From assembly GCF_002087085.1 (NCBI RefSeq), contig NZ_MWQY01000010.1:1-64000 (forward strand): a stretch of DNA of 64,000 bases. Reading direction: 5' to 3'. Within the stretch, counting starts at the first letter, position 1. Each line of letters starts with the position of its first letter. The translations under genes were made by a program, and so were the position numbers. Shown in pieces: positions 9,577 through 19,463 of the stretch. Below the pieces are notes generated by a model. That model saw only the letters and a program-made list of their open reading frames with translations, ran no database searches and was not told where the DNA came from.

Positions 9577-9624
9577 AAAAAAGGGGATTTTATGCCTCAA
9601 ATTCGAGACACAATCCCCGTTTTT
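9577..9624. terminator. Hairpin flanked by A and T runs; probable terminator of the former GH43 gene
   Basis: AAAAAAGGGGATT...AATCCCCGTTTTT inverted repeat just downstream of the minus-strand stop at 9671. Confidence 0.5.
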
Positions 9625-9670
9625 CCATTTCAGGTTCCCATAAGAAGTATAAAAACTGTTTTTGAAGTAA

Positions 9671-9937
9671 TCAATCCTGTTTTACATCTCTATACTCAAA
9701 ATAATCAAAGTCGGCATACAGACGTTCCCCTGACAGGTCCTGACAACACAGCCCGGAAAAGGCCCCGGTAAAACTGTTTCGCTGCATATATTCATCCGAA
9801 AGCACCTTTGAATCCAGGTCAGGACCGATCTGCTGCCAGTCCCCGGCTGAACCATAAGAGTAAAAGAAGCGAAGTATATCGCCATCGATCTCTGCCCTTA
9901 GCCCTGCGACATGCTCTCCTTTACCGGCCTCGACCAT
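9671..9937 (-). pseudogene. C-terminal remnant of GH43 beta-xylosidase (beta-sandwich domain)
   Basis: FFYSY...WQQIGPDLD...LSDEY...FTGAFSGLCCQD...ADFDYFEY is the typical XynB/GH43 C-terminus; catalytic propeller absent. Confidence 0.85.
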
Positions 9938-10090
9938 CGCCGGATCGTGGAGCCCGGGGATTTTGAGCTCATGCTCGGTACATCCTGCAGGGATATTGCG
10001 TATCGTTCCAGGATATCACTGTACGGCGAGACACGTTATCCGGGAAAGTACTGGTCCATGGAGAGCGCTGTGGAAATCCTGAGGGAGTAA
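9938..10090 (+). pseudogene. C-terminal remnant of GH3 beta-glucosidase/xylosidase (FnIII domain end)
   Basis: Manual translation RRIVEPGDFELMLGTSCRDIAYRSRISLYGETRYPGKYWSMESAVEILRE* matches the GH3 FnIII motif VEPGxFxxxxGxSS. Confidence 0.75.
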
Positions 10091-10139
10091 AGGAATTATA
10101 AGTATGTGCGGGTATTATGCCATGCTATAATACCCGCAA

Positions 10140-11126
10140 ATGAAAGCTCCCATGGAAAAATCCCTGCTCTTTATCTTCAGCTCCCTGTTTATAATCTCTT
10201 TTATCCTTTCCATTAATGCTATAGTCGATCTTTCGAGCCTGACATCCGGCAGCGAGGAAACGGAAACAGCGGATTACCATTTTGCTTTCTTTCTGCCCAG
10301 GGAGTTTTACAGCTTTTTCCGTTCCGTGGCCAGCGGGGCGCAGGAAGCAGCGGAGGAAATGGACTGCGCCTTATCCTTTCATACCATTGGAAACGATTCC
10401 CTGGATCTTGAAATGGCCCGCTTCTCCGGAATCGACGGAGTAGTCCTTTACCCGAGCATCAACGAGGAAGAGGCCCGAAGGATTCTTGACGAGTTTGATG
10501 ATTCCGGCATATCCGTAGTGCTCATAGAGCATACCCTGTCGGACAGCTCCCCATGGCCTTTTGTGGGAACCAATAATTTCGATATCGGAAAAAAAATCGG
10601 AAACCTCATCAAGTCCCGCTCAGGCTCCCCCCTTCAGATCGCTGTGGTCTACTCGATGAAGTCCCCGGGAATCTACGCGGAAAAGGACCTGGTCGGACTG
10701 GGAATAACCTCGACCCTGGGGCCCCTGCTGGAAACACCCCTGGAAAGCCGGATTACAAATCTGAATCCCCTGGACGCGGAAGAGCTGACCTACGAGATGC
10801 TGCTGAACGAACCCTGGATATCCACCATTGTATTTACTGACACCAGCGATACCCTGGCGGCGACCCAGGTGCTTATCGACATGAATATGGTGGGCACCGT
10901 ACGGCTGATCGGATTCGGAACGGAGGATGCAATCCTGGATTACGTGGAAAAAGGTATTCTCGAGGCTACCATCGCTACAAATCCCTGGGATATCGGCTAC
11001 AACGCCGTAAAGGTCCTGGTCAAGCAGCAGAGCGAGGGACACATGCCCGGCTATGTGGATACGGGAGTCGAAATTGTAACGGAACGGAACGTCGACCGTT
11101 TCAGGAAAAACGGGAGCAGACGGTGA
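10140..11126 (+). CDS. Membrane-anchored periplasmic sugar-binding (type I SBP) protein associated with a two-component system
   Basis: N-terminal hydrophobic helix, FVGTNNFDIG, LIGFG, GYVDTGVEIV; overlaps the kinase start (GTGA). Confidence 0.8.
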   Translation: MKAPMEKSLLFIFSSLFIISFILSINAIVDLSSLTSGSEETETADYHFAFFLPREFYSFFRSVASGAQEAAEEMDCALSFHTIGNDSLDLEMARFSGIDGVVLYPSINEEEARRILDEFDDSGISVVLIEHTLSDSSPWPFVGTNNFDIGKKIGNLIKSRSGSPLQIAVVYSMKSPGIYAEKDLVGLGITSTLGPLLETPLESRITNLNPLDAEELTYEMLLNEPWISTIVFTDTSDTLAATQVLIDMNMVGTVRLIGFGTEDAILDYVEKGILEATIATNPWDIGYNAVKVLVKQQSEGHMPGYVDTGVEIVTERNVDRFRKNGSRR

Positions 11127-12604
11127 GAGAATCCCTGCGGCTGCAGCTTTTCCTGAATATCTTTCTGGGACTGGGAATTATCGTCATATCCATGTCCTAC
11201 ACCTTTTACAGTTCCATGAAAATCCAGACCATTGTGAACAGCCAGTTCCGCAAAGAGCAGTTTTATCAGAAACTGCAGTATGAGATCTCCGAAGTCAGGG
11301 GACCTCTTCTGGATTATCTTTCCAGCAGATCATCCAAAGCCCTGGCCGCCCTCCTGATCCAGGAACAGACCCTCAGGAACATGGTACCCGAACAGACGCC
11401 GGTATATAAAAGTTCGTACCGTCTGGCGGAGCGGGAAATCTTCTTCATGCTCACAAACTACCTCGATATGGTGGAACAGGCCATCAACATGAAACGAGGC
11501 CGGGCCATAAACGAATACACCCAGATTTATGAAGATATGGAAAAGATGAACGCCCACATCGCCCGAAGAATCGACAGCATCAGCCTCTCGGGAATTCGGG
11601 AACAGCTCACCGCCTATGAATCTGTAATAGAAGCTTCCCGGGTTCTCCAGTTCCATAATCTGCTGACAATTATCTTCGCCTTTCTGTTTTCCATAACCTG
11701 GATGCTCTTTTCCATCAGCAAGGTTACGAACCCCATGCACCGCCTGGCCCAGATGGCAGAAGAACTCTCCACCGGCAACTTCGACATACCGGATATCCAT
11801 ATTTCCTCCGTCACCGAGGTCAGCGCCGTTGTCGAGGCCTTTAACAACATGAAAAACGATATCCGCCGCTACATAACTGAGATACAGCGGCAAAAAAGCA
11901 TCGAACAGGGATACATGAACGAGAAACTGCGGAACATGAAAATGGAGCAGCTCCTGAAACGCATGGAGCTGTATACCATGCAGGCTCAGATGAATCCCCA
12001 CTTTCTGTTCAATACGATAAATACGGGTGTACAGCTTGCAATCATCGAGAATGCCGACAAGACCGCGGCCTTTATGGAAAACCTGGCCACCTTTTTTCGT
12101 CACAATATACGGGAGCGCAAGCTTATCGTTCCCCTTCGCCACGAGATTGAAGGCCTGAGGTCCTATTTTTATATTCTGGAAATCCGTTTCCCCCACACCT
12201 ACTCCTTCAGCCTGGATGTTCAGGAGGACATCCTCGATACCTGTTCCATTCCCGCCCTGATTCTGCAGCCCCTGGTGGAGAATTCCATCATCCATGCCTT
12301 CAAGGGAGCCCACACCGGTGGAGAGATAGGTGTCAGGGTAAGGAAAGAAGAGAATATGCTTCTGCTGTCGGTCAGGGATAACGGGTCAGGCATACCCCGG
12401 GAAGTCAGCGACTCTCTTTTAAAGCGCTATACCCGGGACCAGGAACATACATCCAAGGTAATGGGTCTCGAGAATGTTATCCAGCGGCTCTACTTCTTTT
12501 ATCCCCGAAACAGAGAGGTTATTTCCATTGAGAGCGAAACCCATACAGGCACGGAGATTATCATCCGGATTAACCTGGAGGAAGAACCATGTATAAAGTT
12601 ATGA
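11123..12604 (+). CDS. YesM/LytS-type sensor histidine kinase
   Basis: Two TM helices, HAMP, QMNPHFLFNTIN, LQPLVENSIIH, DNGSG, MGLENV. Confidence 0.92.
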   Translation: MRESLRLQLFLNIFLGLGIIVISMSYTFYSSMKIQTIVNSQFRKEQFYQKLQYEISEVRGPLLDYLSSRSSKALAALLIQEQTLRNMVPEQTPVYKSSYRLAEREIFFMLTNYLDMVEQAINMKRGRAINEYTQIYEDMEKMNAHIARRIDSISLSGIREQLTAYESVIEASRVLQFHNLLTIIFAFLFSITWMLFSISKVTNPMHRLAQMAEELSTGNFDIPDIHISSVTEVSAVVEAFNNMKNDIRRYITEIQRQKSIEQGYMNEKLRNMKMEQLLKRMELYTMQAQMNPHFLFNTINTGVQLAIIENADKTAAFMENLATFFRHNIRERKLIVPLRHEIEGLRSYFYILEIRFPHTYSFSLDVQEDILDTCSIPALILQPLVENSIIHAFKGAHTGGEIGVRVRKEENMLLLSVRDNGSGIPREVSDSLLKRYTRDQEHTSKVMGLENVIQRLYFFYPRNREVISIESETHTGTEIIIRINLEEEPCIKL

Positions 12605-14100
12605 TCGTTGATGATGAAGAGCCGGTTCTGGAAAGTTTTTCCTACATGGTGGAAACATCCTCCGATTCTTTCTCCGTCTGCGGCAAGGCACGCACGGGTT
12701 TCGAGGCCATATCCATGGCCTACAACTGCAGTCCGGATATCGTTTTCATGGATATCGGAATGCCGGGAATCGACGGCCTGGACACCATCAAGGAGCTGCA
12801 GCGCAACCATCCGGCAACCCTATTTATCCTCTCCACAGCCTACGAACGTTTTGATATTGCAAAAAGAGCAATTCCCCTCAAGGTATTCGACTATCTGGTA
12901 AAACCTATTTCCCGCAGCAGGTTTCTTGAAACCCTCATGAAGGCAAAACAGCATCTGGATGAACAGACCGAGATTGCCGCCGCCAGACTGGACAAGGCGC
13001 GGATATCAGCCGATTCAATGAGCTGGGAGGAGCGGAATTTCCTGCTTCTGATCAGCTGGAAAAGCCTGACAAAAAGGGAATGGGAAAAATACAAACTGCT
13101 CTTTTCTCTTGAATCCGATCAGGCGAGGGTCTTTGTGTTCCGTATCGAGGGACCCGAGGCGGAAGCACTGTCGGGAATCCACAGGGAGATTCACCGCAAG
13201 ATAAGCCACAAGTATCAGATACTCTCCACCGAATATCTGGGAAGTACGCTGATCTTCCTGCCCGGAGACGAGGAAACCCGGCGGCTGCAAGACTTTCTCG
13301 ATCTTGTTTTTACCCAGGTTCTCCCCTCCAATGCACAGGTACAAAAAGGACTCGGCGGGCAGCATTCCTATGAAGAATTCTTTCGCTCCTGCGAGGAGGC
13401 CCTGCGGGCCCTCAGAGAGAACGATGAGCGGGATACCGGCAGGCACGAGGACTGGGAGGAACTGGGAGAACTTCGAAGTGCCATCGCCAGAGCCGCCTCC
13501 TTTGAGGATATCCAGGAGCCTTTTACATCGTACTACGAAAAGGTATTTTCCTCTTCTCCTTTTCCCGTGGCAAAATCGAGAATAATCGCCTTCTTTACCC
13601 TGCTCCTTGACGATTTCTACCGCTCCCTGGGTAAAAAGGCTGCCCGCTATATTCTCTTTGATCCTGCCGCCGAGATTACCCCCATCAACGCCAGGAAGGA
13701 TCTTGATGCCTGGATCTGGAGGTCCCTGCGAACCCTGATGGAGGCCGAACATCAGCACATGGAAAAAAACCTTCCCGCGGTACTGACCCGGGCTCTGTAC
13801 TACATCCAGGGGAATTACGACCGGCCCCTTCAGCTCACGGATGTGGCTGACTTTTGCGGGGTATCTTCAAGCTATATGAGCAGACTCTTTACAGAGCAGC
13901 TCAGTATCTCTTTTATTGATTACCTGACCTCCGTTCGGCTGAAGGTGGCGGAGGAATTACTGCTGGAAAACCGCCTTCCCATAAAGGAAATAGCCTGCAG
14001 TGTCGGATACCAGGACCCCAATTACTTCAGCAGGATTTTTCGGAAACAAAAGGGCTTTTCTCCAAGCACCTATCTTCAGGAGCATAGCGATGAAAAATAG
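12589..14100 (+). CDS. YesN-type response regulator (REC + AraC HTH)
   Basis: VDDE, MDIGMP, YLVKP; C-terminal AraC VGYQDPNYFSRIFRK. Confidence 0.93.
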   Translation: MYKVMIVDDEEPVLESFSYMVETSSDSFSVCGKARTGFEAISMAYNCSPDIVFMDIGMPGIDGLDTIKELQRNHPATLFILSTAYERFDIAKRAIPLKVFDYLVKPISRSRFLETLMKAKQHLDEQTEIAAARLDKARISADSMSWEERNFLLLISWKSLTKREWEKYKLLFSLESDQARVFVFRIEGPEAEALSGIHREIHRKISHKYQILSTEYLGSTLIFLPGDEETRRLQDFLDLVFTQVLPSNAQVQKGLGGQHSYEEFFRSCEEALRALRENDERDTGRHEDWEELGELRSAIARAASFEDIQEPFTSYYEKVFSSSPFPVAKSRIIAFFTLLLDDFYRSLGKKAARYILFDPAAEITPINARKDLDAWIWRSLRTLMEAEHQHMEKNLPAVLTRALYYIQGNYDRPLQLTDVADFCGVSSSYMSRLFTEQLSISFIDYLTSVRLKVAEELLLENRLPIKEIACSVGYQDPNYFSRIFRKQKGFSPSTYLQEHSDEK

Positions 14101-15142
14101 GATACCCGGAATATTTTCCCTTCTGATTCTCCTGATGCTTCTATTCTCCTGCAGCAGGGCACAGAAAGAGGATGCCGGAATGGCTGACCGGAGAATCATC
14201 ATTGGTTTCTCCATTGCCACGGATACATTCATTCTTGAACGATGGAACAAGGACATCAAGATCTTTACCGGAGCGGCAAAGGAGCTGGGTGCGGAGGTTC
14301 TTTTCCAGCTCTCCGCAGGGGGAACCAGGGCGCAGATCGACCAGATTCGCTACCTTCTGAAACAGGACATCGATATTCTGGTTGTGCTGCCCCATGATAC
14401 ATCCATGCTGGCCGGTGTCATCAAGGAGGTCAACGATCAGAAAATTCCGGTTATCGCCTACGACCGACTGATTCAGGGAGTACCGATATCCGCCTACGTA
14501 TCCTTCGATAATGTGGAAGTCGGCAGGCTCTTCGGAAGGGCCCTCACCCGGAAGGTACCCCGGGGAAAATATCTGATCGTAAACGGATCGGTGAGGGACA
14601 ATAACAGTTACCTGGTAAACCAGGGTTTGCACGAGATTCTGGATCCCTACATAGAATCCGGCGCGGTTTCCATTGTGGACGAGATCTGGCTCGAGCAGTG
14701 GAGCGGAGACGAAGCCACCGCTCGGATAAGTGAAATACTGGAAAGGACCACCGATATAGACGCCATATCCGCCGGGAACGACCAGCTTGCAAACTCTGCG
14801 ATTCAACTCCTCGCAGAACGGCGTCTGGCAGGAAAGGTCGCTGTAGTCGGACAGGATGCCGATCTGCTTTCATGTCAGCGGGTTGTTGAGGGCTTGCAGC
14901 TCATGACGGTATATAAGCCCATCAGCAGGCTTGCCACCCGTGCAGCCCAGATATCCGTCGCCATTGCCCGGGGAGAAGCTCCCGAGCCTGACAGACTGGT
15001 GGAGAATGGAAGCAATACCACAATCCCCTACTTTGTCGAGATGCCGCGGGCAGTTTTCAAGGATAATATGGAAGAAACCATAATCAAAGACGGATTTCAT
15101 TCAGCGGAAGATATTTATAGAAACAGATCAAGAGAAAATTGA
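14090..15142 (+). CDS. XylF-like sugar-binding lipoprotein
   Basis: ATG 14090 with lipobox LLFSC; ERWNKD, IAYDRLI, VSFDN, GQDADL, TVYKP motifs. Confidence 0.88.
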   Translation: MKNRIPGIFSLLILLMLLFSCSRAQKEDAGMADRRIIIGFSIATDTFILERWNKDIKIFTGAAKELGAEVLFQLSAGGTRAQIDQIRYLLKQDIDILVVLPHDTSMLAGVIKEVNDQKIPVIAYDRLIQGVPISAYVSFDNVEVGRLFGRALTRKVPRGKYLIVNGSVRDNNSYLVNQGLHEILDPYIESGAVSIVDEIWLEQWSGDEATARISEILERTTDIDAISAGNDQLANSAIQLLAERRLAGKVAVVGQDADLLSCQRVVEGLQLMTVYKPISRLATRAAQISVAIARGEAPEPDRLVENGSNTTIPYFVEMPRAVFKDNMEETIIKDGFHSAEDIYRNRSREN

Positions 15143-15278
15143 CATCAATATTCTGCTATCCGGTTCAGCGAAATTAGTCCCCATAAAAAAAATAGACAGA
15201 CATTGTAATAAGAATCCTGTATCGAAGCATTGGAAGCGATCATACAATTAAGAAAACATATTCTATAAGGAGAGTTGT

Positions 15279-16358
15279 ATGAAAAATGCTCTACGAATCG
15301 GAGTTCTCTGTGTACTGCTGGTTCTGCTTGCTTTTCCGATCTTCGCCGCCGGCGGACAGGAAGAGGGGACGGCCAAAAAGGTCGGAATCCTCATGCCGAC
15401 CAAATCTCTGCAGAGATGGAACCAGGATGGTCAGTACCTGAAATCTAAACTTGAAGCCAAAGGCTACAAGGTCGATCTTCAGTATGCCAACAACCAGGTT
15501 GCCACTCAGGTTTCTCAGCTGGAAAACCTCGTCACCGCCGGGAACAAAATCCTGGTAATCGCTTCCATCGACAGTACCGCCCTTAAAGGCGCTCTGGCAC
15601 AGGCGAAAAGTGAGGGCTGCCTGGTAATCGCCTACGACCGTCTGATTATGGATACAGAAAACGTAGACTATTACGCTACCTTCGACAACTATAAAGTAGG
15701 CACGCTTCAGGGCAATTTTATTGTTGAGGAGCTGGGACTCAAGAGCGGAAAAGGTCCGTACAACCTTGAGGTATTCGGCGGCTCCCCGGATGATAACAAC
15801 GCCTACCTTTTCAATCAGGGTGCCATGGACCAGCTGCAGCCCTACATCGACAAGGGCCAGCTCGTGATAAATTCCGGCCAGACTGAAATGAGTGTCATAG
15901 CAATATCTGCCTGGAAAGCCGAAGGCGCTCAGGCCCGTATGGATAACCTTCTTACCGCTTACTATGCCGACAAGAAAGTTGACGTTGTTCTTTCCCCCAA
16001 CGACAGTCTTGCCCAGGGAATCGTGGCATCCCTTAAATCAGCAGGCTACGGCACTGCATCAAAACCGTATCCGGTCCTTACCGGCCAGGACTGCGACAAA
16101 ATCAACGTAAAAATGATGATCAACGGCGAACAGTCAATGTCCGTGTTCAAGGATACCAGAACCCTTGCAGAACGGGTGGTTACCATGGTGTCGGAAATAG
16201 GCGAAGGCAAAAAGGTTACCGTCAACGATACTGAATCCTACGACAACAATGTAAAGGTTGTTCCATCATTCCTGTGTGATCCGGTTTTTGCCGACAAGAA
16301 CAATTACAAGGAACTTCTGATTGATTCCGGATATTACACCATTGATGAAATAATGTAG
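15279..16358 (+). CDS. chvE: Multiple monosaccharide ABC transporter substrate-binding protein
   Basis: [49 protein letters not shown] motifs. Confidence 0.9.
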   Translation: MKNALRIGVLCVLLVLLAFPIFAAGGQEEGTAKKVGILMPTKSLQRWNQDGQYLKSKLEAKGYKVDLQYANNQVATQVSQLENLVTAGNKILVIASIDSTALKGALAQAKSEGCLVIAYDRLIMDTENVDYYATFDNYKVGTLQGNFIVEELGLKSGKGPYNLEVFGGSPDDNNAYLFNQGAMDQLQPYIDKGQLVINSGQTEMSVIAISAWKAEGAQARMDNLLTAYYADKKVDVVLSPNDSLAQGIVASLKSAGYGTASKPYPVLTGQDCDKINVKMMINGEQSMSVFKDTRTLAERVVTMVSEIGEGKKVTVNDTESYDNNVKVVPSFLCDPVFADKNNYKELLIDSGYYTIDEIM

Positions 16359-16378
16359 ACCTGACTCTATTTTTCTCA

Positions 16379-16417
16379 ATAACCGGTACAGCTGCCAGGA
16401 GCGTCTGTACCGGTTAT
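16379..16417 (+). other. Intercistronic stem-loop after the SBP gene
   Basis: Perfect 13-bp stem ATAACCGGTACAG / CTGTACCGGTTAT; typical mRNA stabilizer or attenuator between SBP and ATPase genes. Confidence 0.65.
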
Positions 16418-16434
16418 ATAAAGGATTCAAGCAC

Positions 16435-17973
16435 ATGTCAGAAAACATACTTGAGATGCGGAACATAACCAAAATTTTCCCCGGCGTTAAAGCCCTGGAC
16501 AATGTAAGTTTCGAAGTCGGCAATGGAAACATTCATGCCCTGGTTGGCGAAAATGGTGCCGGGAAGTCCACCCTGATGAATGTATTGAGCGGCATCCACC
16601 CCCACGGAACCTATGAGGGCGAGATTTATTTTGAGGGCAGGGAATGCAGGTTCAAAAACATCAAGGACAGTGAAGAACTTGGAATTGCCTTTATCCATCA
16701 GGAACTCGCCCTGAATCCTTTTATGACCGTTGCGGAGAATATTTTCCTGGGAAACGAACGACAGAAAAACGGAATCATAGACTGGGAAACTACGGCTGAA
16801 GAAGCAAAAAAATTGATGAAAATGGTCGGATTGAACATCCACCATGATGCATTGATCAAAGATATTATGGTCGGACAGCAGCAGCTGGTGGAAATTGCCA
16901 AAGCCCTGGGAAAGAACTGCAAACTGCTCATTCTGGATGAACCGACTGCGGCGCTGAATGACAGGGATTCCCAGAACCTTCTGAATCTGCTGGTCGAGTT
17001 GAACAGGACCCGGGGACTGTCCTGCATAATCATTTCTCATAAATTGCACGAGCTGACTCAAATCTGCAATCGCCTTACGGTTCTGCGGGACGGTCAGACA
17101 ATCACAACCATGGAAAAGGGTGATGCGGAGATCAGCGAGGACAATATCATCCGGCACATGGTGGGGCGAAAACTGACCAATCGTTTCCCTGAAAGAACGC
17201 CCAATATCGGCGAGGTAGCCTTCGAGGTTCAGGACTGGAAGGTCTATGACCCCCTGGATGACACAAAAGTCGTCATCGATAATGTCAGCTTCAAACTCCG
17301 CAAAGGAGAGATAGTCGGATTTTCCGGACTGATGGGCGCCGGACGGACGGAACTTGCAATGAGCATTTTCGGCAAAATGTACGGAAGAAACATCGAAGGC
17401 AAGGTCATAAAGAACGGAAAGGAAATTGTCCTCAACCGGGTCAGGGATGCAATAGAAAGCGGAGTAGCCTATCTTTCAGAGAACAGAAAAGAGGACGGTC
17501 TGATACTCATCAGCGACATCAAGGAGAACATTACTCTTTCAAACCTGAACAAATTAAAAAAGAACGGTGTAATTGATCTGAATATAGAAATTAAAGTAGC
17601 TAATGAATACAAAGAGGCGTTGAATATCAAAGCCTCAAGTATTTTTCAGAAGGCCGAAAGCCTTTCCGGCGGGAACCAGCAGAAAGTCTGTGTGTCCAAA
17701 TGTCTTTTCACCGATCCGGATGTGCTCATTCTCGATGAGCCCACCAGGGGAATAGATGTGGGAGCCAAGTATGAAATATACAAAATCATCAATCAGCTTG
17801 CCGACGAAGGAAAGTGCGTCATGTTCATTTCTTCCGAGTTACCGGAAATACTCGGAATTTCGGATCGTATATATGTGATGAATGAAGGCAGAATCGTGGA
17901 CGAAATGCCGGCAAAGGAAGCGAGTCAAGAGAAGATCATGACAAGCATTGTCCAGAGCTCAAGCGGCCGGTAA
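16435..17973 (+). CDS. gguA: Multiple monosaccharide ABC transporter ATP-binding protein (GguA/MmsA)
   Basis: Tandem ABC domains: [40 protein letters not shown]. Confidence 0.9.
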   Translation: MSENILEMRNITKIFPGVKALDNVSFEVGNGNIHALVGENGAGKSTLMNVLSGIHPHGTYEGEIYFEGRECRFKNIKDSEELGIAFIHQELALNPFMTVAENIFLGNERQKNGIIDWETTAEEAKKLMKMVGLNIHHDALIKDIMVGQQQLVEIAKALGKNCKLLILDEPTAALNDRDSQNLLNLLVELNRTRGLSCIIISHKLHELTQICNRLTVLRDGQTITTMEKGDAEISEDNIIRHMVGRKLTNRFPERTPNIGEVAFEVQDWKVYDPLDDTKVVIDNVSFKLRKGEIVGFSGLMGAGRTELAMSIFGKMYGRNIEGKVIKNGKEIVLNRVRDAIESGVAYLSENRKEDGLILISDIKENITLSNLNKLKKNGVIDLNIEIKVANEYKEALNIKASSIFQKAESLSGGNQQKVCVSKCLFTDPDVLILDEPTRGIDVGAKYEIYKIINQLADEGKCVMFISSELPEILGISDRIYVMNEGRIVDEMPAKEASQEKIMTSIVQSSSGR

Positions 17974-18017
17974 GGCCTGCGGAGAAAACAGAAGAAAACC
18001 AGGAGAGGTATCCTACG

Positions 18018-19274
18018 ATGAATGAAGGGACGGCTGAGATCACCAGAAGCAGCAGCATCTTTGAACAACTTAAGATCGTATTCAGACGTAATCTGCGCCA
18101 GTATGCAATCCTGATGGCGCTGATTGCCATTATAATAATCTTTCAGATTGCAACAAACGGTATTCTTTTAAAACCGATCAATGTATATCGTCTGATCGGA
18201 CAGAACAGCTACATACTCATTATGGCCATTGGAATGACTCTCTGCATACTGACGGGAGGAAATATCGACCTGTCTGTAGGTTCGATTGTCGCCTTTGTAA
18301 GTGCCTGCTCTGCCCTGTTCAGCGTAACCTGGGGATTGACACCGGGTCTGTCGATCATTCTGGGTCTGCTCATGGGTCTGCTCGCCGGGGTCTGGCAGGG
18401 GTTCTGGATCGCCCATGTGAAGATACCCTCTTTCATAGCAACCCTTGCAGGCATGCTCCTGTTCAGAGGTCTGAACAACCTGATTCTTAACGGTCTGACC
18501 ATTCCCCTGCCCGATTTATATATTACCGTCGCTTCCGGTTCGATCCCCGATTTTCTTGGCGCAGCCGGACTTCAGATTCCGAATTTTGTTACCGGTTCCG
18601 GGGTCCTGCACGTAACCACAATCGTCATTGTATTGATTGCATCCCTTGTTCTCGTACTCTTCATGTCCCTTGACCGAAAGAGCAAAGCCGCACACGGTTT
18701 TGTTCTGGGGTCTTTTACCGCATTTATCCTGAAAATCGCCAGTCTTTTCCTTATAATCAATCTGTTCGGTCTCTGGCTCGCCGCAGCCAACGGATTCCCC
18801 TATGTCCTGTTTCTGCTGGTTACCCTGATAATAGTATATTCCTTTATCGCGACCAAGACTGTTGCAGGACGACATGTCTATGCGGTGGGGGGTAACGAAA
18901 AAGCCGCCGCCCTGTCGGGTGTAAACATCAAGCAGGTCATGTTCTGGGTATATGCCAATATGGGACTCCTTGCCGGTCTTGCGGGAATCGTCTTTGCCGG
19001 AAGATTGAACGCCGCATCCCCCCTTGCGGGAAAAGATTTTGAACTCGATGTTATTGCGGCCTGCTTTATCGGCGGAGCCTCCATGAAGGGAGGCGAAGGA
19101 ACCATAATCGGCGGAATTATCGGCGGACTGATCATGGGTATTCTCAATAACGGTATGTCAATCCTAGGATTCAATATCTTCATTCAATCCGTTATCAAGG
19201 GGCTGGTATTGCTTGCGGCTGTTTCTTTTGATGTGTATTCAAAATCAAAAACGACTACAAGAACTGCCAAGTAA
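18018..19274 (+). CDS. gguB: Multiple monosaccharide ABC transporter permease (GguB/MmsB)
   Basis: IDLSVGS, IPSFIATLAGMLLFRGL, GRHVYAVGGN, ELDVIAACFIGG. Confidence 0.9.
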   Translation: MNEGTAEITRSSSIFEQLKIVFRRNLRQYAILMALIAIIIIFQIATNGILLKPINVYRLIGQNSYILIMAIGMTLCILTGGNIDLSVGSIVAFVSACSALFSVTWGLTPGLSIILGLLMGLLAGVWQGFWIAHVKIPSFIATLAGMLLFRGLNNLILNGLTIPLPDLYITVASGSIPDFLGAAGLQIPNFVTGSGVLHVTTIVIVLIASLVLVLFMSLDRKSKAAHGFVLGSFTAFILKIASLFLIINLFGLWLAAANGFPYVLFLLVTLIIVYSFIATKTVAGRHVYAVGGNEKAAALSGVNIKQVMFWVYANMGLLAGLAGIVFAGRLNAASPLAGKDFELDVIAACFIGGASMKGGEGTIIGGIIGGLIMGILNNGMSILGFNIFIQSVIKGLVLLAAVSFDVYSKSKTTTRTAK

Positions 19275-19359
19275 GCCTCTTGACCGGCACCGGTGTATTG
19301 TCCCGGGTGGACTGAGGCTGCAGTCTGCCCGAGGTTAACATACAGAACCTCCTTTAATT

Positions 19360-19398
19360 GAACGGGCCACAGCGTTGCTGCGGTCCGTTCTCTTTTTT
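19360..19398 (+). terminator. Rho-independent terminator of the sugar ABC operon
   Basis: GAACGGGCC...GGTCCGTTC hairpin followed by TCTTTTTT. Confidence 0.7.
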
Positions 19399-19463
19399 CT
19401 CTTCTTGACCCGCCTCTGCTCCTGTGGTATCTCTTAAACCGATTCTTTCCAAGGAGGAACCTG

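Noticed and set aside
19275..19463. Possible T-box leader for asnS
   Set aside because: No T-box consensus (GGTGGNACC) before the terminator; the hairpin is better explained as the terminator of the upstream operon
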